This document shows, piece by piece, positions 13,500 to 25,447 of a stretch of 64,000 nucleotides of DNA. A program made the position numbers and the translations under genes. The stretch spans positions 186,001 to 250,000 of the forward strand of contig NW_026782555.1 in NCBI RefSeq assembly GCF_031769215.1, given 5' to 3'. The stretch's first letter is position 1; each line of letters opens with the position of its first letter. The notes beneath the pieces are model-generated. The model saw nothing but the letters and a program-made list of their open reading frames with translations. It was not told where the DNA came from and made no database searches. The stretch is from Ylistrum balloti. Lineage: Eukaryota.

Positions 13500-14280
13500 A
13501 TTAGTCTCTCAGGATATACCTGAGGGATTACATCTGAAAGGATATATCTGTGGGATATAATCTTGGGTTTTATCCGTGGGATATAATCTCTCAGGGAATA
13601 TTTGAGGGATAGATTCTCTCGGGATATGTCTATGGGATATAGTCTCTGAGGATATATATGAGGAATAACATCTCTCAGAATATGTATATCTGTGGGATAT
13701 AATCTCTCAGGATATATCTGTGGGATATAGTCTCTCAGGATATATCTGTGGGATATAATCTCTCAGGATATATCTGTGGGATATAATCTCTCAGGATGTA
13801 TCTGTGGGATATAGTCTCTCAGGATATATCTGTGGGATATAATCTCTCAGGATATATCTGTGGGATATAGTCTCTCAGGATATATCTGTGGGATATAATC
13901 TCTCAGGATATATCTGTGGGATATAATCTCTCAGGATATATCTGTGGGATATAATCTCTCAGGATATATCTGTGGGATATAATCTCTCAGGATATATATG
14001 AGGGATAACGTCTCTTAGGATTTATCTGAGGGATATAGTCTCTCAGGATATATCTGTGGGATATAGTCTCTCAGGATATATCTGTGGGATATAATCTCTC
14101 AGGATATATCTGTGGGATATAGTCTCTCAGGATATATCTGTGGGATATAATCTCTCATCTGTGGGATATAGTCTCTCAGGATATATCTGTGGGATATAGT
14201 CTCTCAGGATATATATGAGGGATAACGTCTCTCAGGATTTATCTGAGGGATATAGTCTCTCAGGATATATCTGAGTGATG
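13500..14280. repeat. 28-bp minisatellite (gggatataatctctcaggatatatctgt), itself made of two related half-units
   Basis: Roughly 25 tandem copies are directly visible. Confidence 0.95.
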
Positions 14281-15799
14281 AATATTGCATTTTTCAATTG
14301 ATGAAAAATAACACGATACCCATCATGTTCAGGCCATCTTTGATTTTGTGTTCAAGTTTGTTCTTGAGCGATCTTTCTGACAGACCAGCTGGAAATTCCC
14401 TTGTCTAGTTTTACACACCTACATTTTGAGGATCATTAGAAATATATAAAGGAAACCAATAAATATAAACCATTAATTTTGTTTCTGCATGGATATCTAC
14501 TGTTACATTAAAAATGCCTGTCGTATAGAAATGTATGACAATACAGAATCCATGATTATTTGTAACATCCCTTACAGATTTTACAATAAAGCAGACCTTG
14601 TCAAGACATATACACTACCAGGCAGTCTATTATTATCTTTGTAGGCATAATCCCTCATATAATTGTTCACCTTGTAGTACTTAATTACAGGTTTTGTTAA
14701 AATAACTTTTTATCTAGATGGAACTTGTTTGCACAATTTCATCTAAACTGCTCCAATAGATTGGTACTTCATATTTTACTTACACACATGATATACTTAG
14801 TTTTGTGTTTCTCTTGACCAAACAGACAACTCCTCCTTACTCATTGAGTAGATCTTCACCAAACTTTATTTTGATTTAAATAGAGTTATGTCCCTTTATA
14901 CTCAATAACTTGTCCAGAATTCTCCTTAAACTGGGAGCATCTTAGACTGCAGTTCTGTTTAGAGAGGAAGATTTCACAAACAAGATAAATGACAATGATG
15001 ATTTATTTCATATTTACAAATGCATGTAAAGTACAAAACTGATAAAATATATACAAAAGTTGACAAGTACAATGTATAAGGCTAGATTCTATACAGAAAA
15101 GAGTTTTAAGGCAACAAAGATTTTACAATGCTTAGAAATCCTAGTAGAAACAAGTGACTTCTGTATTGAATACCAATTTCACCTTTATACATACATGTAT
15201 GAAATCTATATCACTGAATTTCCATGTGACTTCTGAATGTACATATCTTGATACGATTAATTGGATCTTTCCACTTTCATAGTAGCATTGAAACAAATAT
15301 TATTACTGTTTTTAATTTACTTGCAGTCCATGATAAATTTTTGCTAATAAAACTGGATGTTTACCTTGAAGTAAAATATTACAAGTTCATAGTGATACCA
15401 TTGATATCTCTAATGCATTCATTTTACCATAAACCCAGAAATTAAACTGTTAACTGAAGTAATCCACATATCAGTTATCTGATTGTAACATCAGGCCATG
15501 TACATACATCTATAAGAATATATAACAATGATTATTCTTGTCCTGCTGGAGATGATACAAGTACAATCAATTCTTGGCGCTCAATATAAATACAAATATA
15601 TATGACCTTATAAACATTATTCGTGGGCTTTTTTATTTTTGTTTTTATTTTTTGAGTGGTAAGTTTTAAATAGTTCACATTTTAAATGAATGTCTGATCT
15701 CAAGTTACATTATTTTCCTTCTACATGCACAAGTTGGTTCTGAGATATATTACAGCCAATGCATGATGATATGTTTGTATTTGGAATTTGTCCTTGACA

Positions 15800-18700
15800 C
15801 TACGCCTCTGTGAGGTCGTCATTGAAGTACAAATGGATGGCTTGTAGGAATGTGTCGTCATTCATGCTGAGTTTGTAGAATTCCTCATCCTCGTCTGGGA
15901 TCTGGTTATCTTCCAATGTTTGGGTCATGTCCAGATTTCTGCCATCATATTTCCATGTGTAGCTTGCCGCGTGGGCATTATATTTAATGTAACGGTCTAA
16001 AATTTCTGTCATTATCTCTTCTGAACACACCTGTGGATATAAAAAGTATAATCCAATTAAACCTGGTAGTTTTTTTTTAACAAACCCGTATATAAAATAC
16101 CTGTTACCTATTATACCTGGTGATTTTTAAAGGAATGAGTGACTATGTCATGTTTACAAATAAGAGTTCATAAAAGTGATATGACATGCATGTATAAGAC
16201 TTGAGGCGAATTTTATTTATCATATAATGAGTTTATTCAATGCAATACATTTGTTTATATGGCAAAACAGGTCAGCATTATGATAAAGCAAAATTTTGAA
16301 ATAAACTTTAATAATTATATCAAATTCCTCATAGCGATTTTAGTAAAAGAGTACAAGAATGCAAAATTTTGCTAGCTCATCCTGGAAATTGAAATAATCA
16401 AAACTTTTTCAACATGTGAAGTTTCAAAGAAATATTTCTCTATCACATACCACAGTCTTACCTCTATAACTTGTTCTTGTGATGTTAAAGTGTTGATTAT
16501 TTTGATGGATCTTGTTTTCTTTGACAATATTCCTACGAGATATCCTTCGTCTTTCCACCATGGCCGACCAAAGTCATTTGCCCAAAAGCTGTCTGGATAT
16601 GGAGGAGGGATGTGAACAAATCGGCCATTTGGACAATAGGGGATCACACAACCTGTCAGAGGATCAACATGGGTACGGATCTGAAAGTACAAGAGTTGAA
16701 AAATATAAAAAGACATGTATACACTGCTGTAGTTTTCTTAGTTATATTAAAGTACTACATTTGTACATAACAATTTGCAGCAAAACATCAGCCTTGAGAT
16801 GTAAAGCTTGCTCAGGTCTTGATAATGGAATTATCCAGGTCATTCCTCAAGGTTTTAATCAGGAAAAGTTAATTGGAACACTGAAGGAGACAGAAACTAT
16901 AACCTTGTCTATATACTATACCTGCTTATTTAAATGAAGTATCTGTAAATACCAATCACTACCTAGCAGAATGACGTTGACCAGATGTTGTGCATTGTAT
17001 AACATTATTTCAACCAAAGAAGCAGAGAAAAAACCTCATCCAATATGTGACAAATGGCCAAACCAGATAAATACTCATCCAATGTCACAAATGACCAGAT
17101 CAGATAAATTCTCACAAACAACCAGACAAAATCAGTCCTCCCTCAATGCTACAAGCAACCAGATGAGAAAAACCCTCACCCTACATTACTAATAAACCAG
17201 ATGAGATAAATCCTCACCTGACATTGCAAACAACCACACAAGATAAATCCTCACCAGACATTAAATTTGGAATTTAACCCATACAAAATTGATGTACTTC
17301 AAAAGACCAGACTAGATAAATTCTCCCCCAATGTTATAAACAACTAGACCAGATAAATCCACTCTGACGTTACAAACATCCATGAAAACCAGATAAAACA
17401 TCCCTTGATATTGACTTTTACATTTAATCCAAGCAAAATACATTAAAAATATTTCACTTATATTATTTCATATTGATTCTAATGATGTGTATCTGACTTA
17501 CAAACTAATATCACTACAACTTGTGTCAATGTTTTCTAACCAATACAAATATATTAGCACTCCTGAAAAGCGATGAAAAATAGAGGACATCCATTTCAAT
17601 GATAAATCTATCATATCCTTAGTCATGCTTACATCTTTGAGTTTAGGATTAAACCAGTGTGAGATGTCTTTTCCTGCTGACTGGATGATTGGTTTTAGGA
17701 GGACATCACCTGGAGAAAACAAAGTGGTAGTTAATCACAGGATATAAAGATTTTATTAATGTTTCCTGTTTGCAGTGATGAGATCAGTAACACTCCAAAA
17801 TGTACTTCCTTGAATTAACCCCATCATGTGTAATGTCATTCATAAAAACATTTATTAGATGTGAGGAAACTATCAGAAATGTGAACAAGGAAGTTGAAAG
17901 TGCAAAACTTTTTGATGCAATTTGAAAATAATTCATTCAATTCTGGTTTCTAGTGTAATTTTTTTATTCGAGATGAGGTCATATGGTGCACTGTGCTGGT
18001 TTCTAGTTTTATTTGTGAGGTAGGGTGAAACATATGGTGAACAATTTTGATTTCAATTTTATTTTTTATTCGGGTGATGTCATATGGTGTTAATTTCTGG
18101 TGTCTGGTGTTATTTGTGAGTAGGGGAAAGGTCATATAATGCACACTTCTGGTTTTAAGTTTTATTCTTGACACATTAAAGATCTCCTTTTTGGCCACGT
18201 CAAATAAAACTAAAAAAGACTTGTCTTGTACTTGAAAAAAAGGGGGAAATATGATTTCTGTTAGGTACATTGTCAAAGAGGCCAAAGGTCCATATGAAAA
18301 TAAAAGACATCAATGACAGATTATAGGAAACTTCAGGTAATCATCAATATGATAGCCCCAACTCATTTAGGAAAAGAGACTGTCTTGTCCCCCTCAAATC
18401 TGTACAAGACTCAATTTATAGAGAGCATAAACATGTATAATCTGAAGTGATCTAAACGTTTCTTTCTGTTTGGGTTGGGGTGGGGATGGGGGCTTGGTCG
18501 GAACCTAAATAAAACCGCAGAGAGATAGTCAGTATAGAGTGTATTGTCCTTGCAACAGCAAGGGTCATATGAGGATGGAGTTGCGTGTGAGAGTGTATTA
18601 TTTTTTAATGTTACACATAAAAGAAATACCTACAAGACTGGTGGACAGTGCTAAAGGTTATGTTTTTGTGAGGCCTTGGGTCTGCGAGTGTATGTTCGGT

Positions 18701-19162
18701 GATTGTGCATACTAAAGTTGGATATCTGGATGGATCAGCTATTTGAGTGTATGCCATGTTCATCAAACAGTGAAACGTTTTATCAGAATACGATCGACAT
18801 GATCTGGTGCCCTGTCATAATGTTACTTATTTTGCACAAGATTTTGTTTATGAATTCACATCAGAGGCACTGAGTAGCTAATCATCTATGTTTGCGTGGA
18901 ATATAACATACAGGGAAATTACGTATCTAAAGGATACAAAGCGAGAGAAGTAGACATCTGGTTAGTGAATAAAGAGGCATAGCAGGTTGCAAGAGTCAAT
19001 GCTACGTGTCGATTCGATGAACGGTGTGATTACAAACTTACCTTTGTATTTTTCACATAGTGGAGTTAGATCATACACTTTTCCTAGGAAAGATACCCAA
19101 AGGTCATCTACAGTGTTGTGTACAGCAACTTCAGAGGGTGTGAAATACTTCGGCCGACCCAT
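15800..19162 (-). CDS. CYB5D1: Cytochrome b5 domain-containing protein 1, 215 aa; exons 19162-19042, 17709-17633, 16680-16462, 16030-15800
   Basis: [35 protein letters not shown] (b5-like fold), [40 protein letters not shown], and C-terminal [12 protein letters not shown]-type ending ([12 protein letters not shown]). Exons sum to 648 nt with GT-AG boundaries in phase. Confidence 0.96.
17000..17400. repeat. Old, loose tandem repeat (~40 bp, aaaccagataaat.ctca core) in CYB5D1 intron 2
   Basis: Recurring aaccagataaat / accagatgagataaatcctcacc motifs. Confidence 0.6.
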
Positions 19163-19453
19163 TTCGGTGTATCGACCATTCGAACTACGGGAAATCAACT
19201 GTTGCCAATGTCAACTAATCAACACCGGAAGTAAAAGTAAAGTGCGAACTGAAGTTTAAGCGGACAATGTACGCATTCAGTTAATAAAGCATGCAATTTG
19301 AAAGGTATATGATAATTCTTTTTAGTTATATTCTACTTCCTATTATTTTAGTTTGATTTCATTATTCAAAATATGACTTCTTAACAAATATAAAATATCG
19401 TTTTGTTCCGTTTGTCATTGACAGATCCGTAATATTGGTGTCGTAAAACCAAG
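19163..19453. promoter_or_regulatory. Compact bidirectional promoter between CYB5D1 and NAA38
   Basis: 291 bp separate the divergent ATGs. An ETS-like ccggaagt lies at ~19226-19233 and a YY1-like aagatggcgg covers the NAA38 start codon. Confidence 0.7.
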
Positions 19454-21744
19454 ATGGCGGGGGAGGTGAGGAAACGGTTTTGAAAAAAACTAACAAAACT
19501 TACCTACGAGCTCTCGTTGTAGTTATTTGCCCAAAACAATTCGAACTGTTACGATATATGTTATTGCTTATCATGATCGACTCATTTATTGAATTTGAAG
19601 AGTTAGGTCATTTATGAGGATGGAGTAATGACATGTCAATGATTCAAAACTTACCCCCGATGGGGTTCGAGCTAGCGACCCTTCGGTCTCTAGCCTGACA
19701 CTCTTAGCTAGACTACATGGAAATTTCCATTATATGATGCTAGTAAGGCGACCTGTACTCTCAACTTCTTCACTACCTCCAATTCCTTCTGGGATTCCTT
19801 TTAGGGACTCGTTTATATCGGACGTTTGACTATATTCCTCATTGGATATTGCCAAACTTCCGATATAAATGATGAATCCCAGAAGGGTTTCACTACTCCC
19901 ACCTTCAAATTCTTTGAATCCGAAGACGACAATATACCAGGTTTAACATCTCCATGGAAGTATTTCGATATTTAATAGTTTCTACCCATGGAGTGGCCAA
20001 CGTCCCCAAATCTGTAATGGGAAGGAATAATGAAACACACCTGCCACTGCTAGGGTTCGAACTAGCAACCCTTCGGTCTCTAGCTGGACACTACTGCTCG
20101 TCTAAAGTGAAATTCCCTTCAACGAGGACCTGTAAACTTAACTACAAGATAACCATGTAGTACTATGTCCCATCCCATCTTTTTTTTTATGGAAATCAAA
20201 AACTATGTATGTCATTATCACTATCTATATTTCGATGTTGAAGTATTTAGAAACATGCACACACTTTTTTGTATGATGTTTGTAGCATTATTTAAAATTC
20301 ATAGGATCAAGATGCGGAAAAGTCCGAAGGGATGAAGAAATTGGAGAAGTGGCTAAACAAAGGCATGAAAATACAAATGACTGATGGTCGGACACTTATT
20401 GGTAGGTCTTCAATAGAATGAGTAACAAAATATACAATATATAGTATGTAGTAGTCACAATTGCTTAATTTCTAAGTTGGTTCATCAAACTTGAAACCTA
20501 AGTTGGCTGTTGTAATTTTGTAACAATAACCTTTGAAGAAAAGAAAAAATATTTAGGATGTCCTTCTAATTTGGGTACATTTTTGATGCAGACAGCACAT
20601 TCTATCCATGTCAGTTTATTACAATTATATAGCTGTCTTTTTTTCATTTAAATGGGCTCTATAAATATTATATACATTTGTTTATGGGTGAATTTTGAAG
20701 CAATTTTACTTGTGTTGTATTGGTTTTCCTCATTTTCTTTCTCTAGGTGTATTTCTATGTACTGACAGAGACAGAAATGTAATATTGGGTTCCTGTGAGG
20801 AGTACCTGCGATCACCAGGTAATGAATTAATCCACTCATGGAAACTTGCATAAATGGATGAATATCATTTAAGGTTACAGTCTCCAGATCACACGCAACA
20901 AAATCAATAATAATATTTTCTTATAACTTTAATTATCAATTATAAAATGAGTTGTCCATGACAAACATCTGATTATCCAAGATTTTATGTTGACATCTCT
21001 TTGTAATCATGAGTGCAGTAAATTTAAGTCTCAGCGGAGTAGTAATTGTAAGGTTATGTCTTTTGAATCTGAAACATGTCAAATAAGACGCCTATAGATA
21101 GTAGCTGTTCAGAATTAATATATTACAGTATACTTTGCATGCTATTAATTTTTAACTGTGGTTCATATTGTAAAGCACATATATTACTGTAAAAGTATTT
21201 CAATATATATTAGATACGGACAAAGATGTAAAATCAGACCTGCATACTTACCTAACTTATGATATTCGTTAGATCAAGCTTGTCCATATTGTAGGTATAG
21301 ATTTGTGCGAGTATATGTCAATACAGAGACAGTTTAAATACAAAAGTTTGAGCATTGTTATAAAAAATGTTTTATTGGTGTTGACTATATATCTAGTCAA
21401 AGTCCATTAGAACACTTAGTCAGAGCCCAGGATAATGTGTTGTGTAAAAATCCATGTGATGATACTATTGACAGTTTGATGAAGAATTTAATAGTTTGTA
21501 TCATTTTAATTATTATTGATAAAACATTTTCAATTTCATCTATTTTTACAGAAAGAACCAATACCTATCATATTTTTATGTACATATATACAAATCAAGA
21601 TTCAATCAAATTTTCAATTTTGAATTTGAAGACAGTGGAAAGAAAGAAGATCCGAGAATTCTTGGATTGGCCATGATCCCTGGCTATCACATTGTCAGCA
21701 TCCATGTGGACGAGGAACACACTCCTGGGCAAAGTGTCATGTGA
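19454..21744 (+). CDS. NAA38: N-alpha-acetyltransferase 38, NatC auxiliary subunit (LSM domain; LSMD1), 97 aa; exons 19454-19465, 20305-20401, 20747-20818, 21632-21744
   Basis: MAGE-DQDAEKSEGMKKLEKWLNKGMKIQMTDGRTLIG-VFLCTDRDRNVILGSCEEYLRSP-DSGKKEDPRILGLAMIPGYHIVSIHVDEEHTPGQSVM*. Sm1/Sm2 motifs match the NAA38 type (MTDGRTL.G.FLCTDRD.NVILGS; PR.LGLAM.PG.HIVSI). Total 294 nt, in phase. Not in the ORF track. Confidence 0.95.
19650..20140 (-). mobile_element. tRNA-derived SINE-like element, two tRNA-like heads in tandem in NAA38 intron 1
   Basis: Minus-strand B-box-like gctcgaacccc (~19665) and gttcgaacccta (~20055), each preceded by gtgtc..gctagagaccgaaggg. The intervening body is homologous to 58085-58415. 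Confidence 0.7.
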
Positions 21745-22149
21745 TTCTGTCTTGTGACAGTCTGCAGGACTTCCTGCCAAATGACTCGCTACAATACATC
21801 ATCATATGACTTCCTGTCATGTGATTGGCTGCCATACATCATCATGTGGCTGAACTGAGTTTACTAGATATATGTAGATAAGTTCATGTGTGGACCTAAT
21901 CAGACAATGTACAATATTTCTGATGGGATTTTTAACGGTATGAATATTGACATAAAAAATAGTTGATATTGACTGTTATGAACGATTCAAAAAGAATACC
22001 AAGGATTTACTATGGTCACCTATTATTGAGACTGAATTCTGTTTGTGAATCAGATCAGAAGTCTTCATTAGAAATGAAATGTGATCTGTTCAGAAATGAA
22101 ATATGGTGGTCATGCTTGTTTGCCATTAATTAATTTGTACCCATATTTA

Positions 22150-23230
22150 TTTATAGACAAAATCATTGACATTTATGAAAATGTTGAAATAAAGATTGTG
22201 TTCTGATAACATGTTATTGTGATGATACACCCTCAGTGAAGCTCTTACTGTCACCATCCACTGAAAAGCTGTTGTAAACAATATAAAGCCTTTTCAGAAA
22301 ATCTCAAAATTGACAGAATAAAAGTTAGCAATATTAAGTCATTTTGTTCATATGATCATACAACATGTTTGTACCAAGTTATATGGTGATAGTTGAATTA
22401 TTTTCTAAGATCAGCTTTTCATATGTTTATTGTGTATCATATTCAAGAGGGGTATGATGCTGTGGAGACGCTCCTTGTAAGGTACATGTACATCCCTGTG
22501 ATAATGCTAAATAAAGTGTAAAGTTTATGGTGAAGTCAGCAGGATTTCCCAACCTGCAGTCCCTATGTATGTATTATAGCATCACTATATGAGCTAGGGT
22601 AGGATTACTGGTAAATAGTAACACTAAATCTTTCTCTTTTGATACACAGGGCTTCATTGTTAAACATGGCAGCACAAATTATACAATTTCTCTCTTGGTT
22701 CAACCTTGACTGATGCAAAATTAAAGGTGACAAAATGATTTTGATTAAATTCCCCCGAGGAATGAAGCCATAAGAACATTAATTGGGATTTTTCTAAAAA
22801 TAGTGACAGTAACCTTGACCCTGTGACACTGAAACTTGAACTTTCAAAAACTGTCATTGGCCTTAAATAGGAAGTTGAAATTTTTAATTTAGGAATATCT
22901 TGGTCCTTTTATTTATATTATGCGATGTTTTCAAAATATCTTGACAATGAAGCCATTAGAACATTGATAAGTTTTTTTTACACATAGTAATGGTGACTTG
23001 AACTTGACCCTGTATCCCTGAAACTCAACCAGGTCCGAGACATTATTATCCTTGCTAAGTATGGTACTAGCTCAAGGAATGACGCTGCTAAAGTGCTGAT
23101 AGGGATTTTCTTAAAATAGTAACACTGACAATGACCATACAAGCTTGAAACTCGAACTTGATAGAGATGTTTAGGTATTTGCTACAAGAAGTAACGGTGA
23201 CCATGACCTTTCAACCCTAAAACTCTATAG
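22150..23230. mobile_element. Degenerate non-autonomous interspersed repeat with internal gaccttgaccc...gaaactt/cgaactt subrepeats
   Basis: Recurring accttgaccctgt...ctgaaact(t/c)gaact motifs at ~22810, 23000 and 23140. Confidence 0.5.
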
Positions 23231-23399
23231 TGCGACGATTAATTTTATCATACGGTTCATCCCTTTATCCCCTTCGGCATTCAGTCACTATGGGATCGCA
23301 ATGACAGGCGCCTGTCTATTGGCTTTCTAACTCTCCTCTCCCTTATGAGTACAGAATTTACCTATGCATGCTTTATCTGTCCTCTTTACCGTACCTGGG

Positions 23400-24560
23400 G
23401 CTTGTACACTCGCAGTTTATCCCTCTTTCTCCTCAGCCGAGTGTTTGTCTAAGTTGTTCTTTCATTCTCCTCTTTTCGGTGCTGATAGTTTGTCTATTTG
23501 CTGTTGAAATATCTTCTTCCCTACCTATTCGTCGTTGAATTCTCCTCTTTCCTGTGCCGAAAGTATGCCTATTCATCGCTAAACTCTCCTATTTCTTTTG
23601 CCAAGAGTTTGAACGCTCCTCTTTCCAGTACAGAGTCTACATTATCGCTGATTATATACTTATTCTTAAAGTATTCCGAACCGTTTTACTTAGTTAATAA
23701 TTGTTCCTCCTCCTCCTACTACTACTGTTACTTTTACCAGTATATCATAAATCCTCATGGTCAGATGATTCTCCTGTTGTTTCTCCGTGTTTTACTACTC
23801 TTTATCTTGTACTGAGATTTGTCATTTCGGTTTTTGCTTCTGTTTTCCCGACATTTATCTTTTCATTTTTTTGTAAATATCTCTCTCCGGTACGGAGACA
23901 TATCTTTTTGCGTTTATTTCTCTTTCCTGTACCGATATTTGTCTTTTTTATTTCTGAATCTTGTACGGAAATACATCTTTTTGCATTTCACTCGTCTTTT
24001 CTATACCGAAAATTATATTTTAATAACATTTTACCTTTCTGTTGTGCCAAGACTTTTTTCCGTTTCGCGTTGAATTTCTTGTGCCGCAATTTTTCTTTTC
24101 GTGTTTTACTTCTCTTTCTTTTACAGAAATATGTCTTTTTCGTTCTACCTCTCTTTCCTGTTTTGTCTTTTCACTTATAATTTCTCGGCATTCCTGTGTT
24201 GAGAGTCTGTCGATGTCGTCAATTCTGTGCCGAGAGTATCAATCTCGTCATTCGTGTGCCGAGAGTATCAATATCGTCACTCGTGTGCCGAGAGCCTGTC
24301 AATCTCATCATTCGTGTTCCGAGAGTCTGTCATTCGCGTCTGTCCGGTGCCGAGCGTCTGTCGATCTCGTCATTCCCGTGCCGAGCGTCTGTAAATCTCG
24401 TCTTTCCCGTGCCGAGCGTCTGTAAATCTCGTCTTTCCTGTGCCGAGCGTCTGTAAATCTCGTCTTTCCTGTGCCGAGCGTCTGTAAATCTTTTCTTTCC
24501 TGTGCAGAGAGTATGTCAACTTGCTGTTTACTCTTCTCTGTCAAGAGGCTACCGTTCACC
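23400..24560 (-). pseudogene. Decayed, purine-biased coding-like stretch with recurring (I/L)S(V/A)QERE peptide units; many stops and frameshifts
   Basis: Minus-strand translations give HISVKERE, QISVQERE, YVSVPERD, QISVQDKE, LSAQERGE and LSAQERKD in shifting frames. Confidence 0.35.
24190..24510. repeat. 29-31-bp minisatellite (gagcgtctgtaaatctcgtctttcctgtgcc)
   Basis: Tandem units are directly visible; the unit length is not a multiple of 3. Confidence 0.9.
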
Positions 24561-25447
24561 TATTGCTGTAGAATGGACAACCTTACTCCTTCTAAAATGA
24601 CATGTTCTTCATATCCGGAAGTTGATTCTTCTGATAGCTTATTTTTGATATCCCGTTTTCGTTATCAAGCAGGAATTACGAATCAATCACCATCAATAAA
24701 ATTGGCATTGATGAAAATAACATATTAGAAAAAGTCACTGGAATCAGATATATGTACGTATGACACATACAGAAAAGTAAAGATTAATAAAGGAATTGCC
24801 TTCGGTATTTTTATTTCCGCTTTATATCAAGACAATCATTTGTAAGACTTTGTATTGTAATAACCAATTCACAAAAAAGTTGATTAATTTAATCAATATA
24901 ATGTATCATTGTCACATCAAAAACGCACTACATTGACTTAACAGTATAATTTTATTAATTATAAAAATAAATAATAGGAGATATATATTTATCTTGGATT
25001 AAAGAACTTTAAAAACATTCATATAAATAACAAAGAGAAAGTACAACTAGAAATATTCTGAATCATAAAACGATTTTCGGTGTAATACTTTTTAGTTCCA
25101 CTGGACATTGTATGTCTGAAGTTGTCTGAATATGAACCGATAACACATAACGTTACTATTGACGGTAACCTTGATCTTTCCTATAATGACAATTTGAGAA
25201 ATAAAGAAAATTTATGAAAATTCCTTTCCCATTAATCTATTGATATTTACATGTAAATCAATGTTTTGAAATATTAATACAGGACACAGCTCGTCTTAAC
25301 TCTTTAAATATTTTCCTCCGTAAGTTTTGTACTGTACATTGTGTTTACTCATCAGCAATAATTTGGCTTTCAGGTTTTATCGTTCCAAAAGAGATTTGTA
25401 CAATTTCAACATTACGTAATTTTGATGGAACATCGCACCGACTCGTT

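Noticed and set aside
23498-24180. Hydrophobic plus-strand ORFs (105-159 aa) as membrane proteins
   Set aside because: The Phe/Leu richness simply reflects the T/C-rich strand of a purine-biased region; no domain or splice support.
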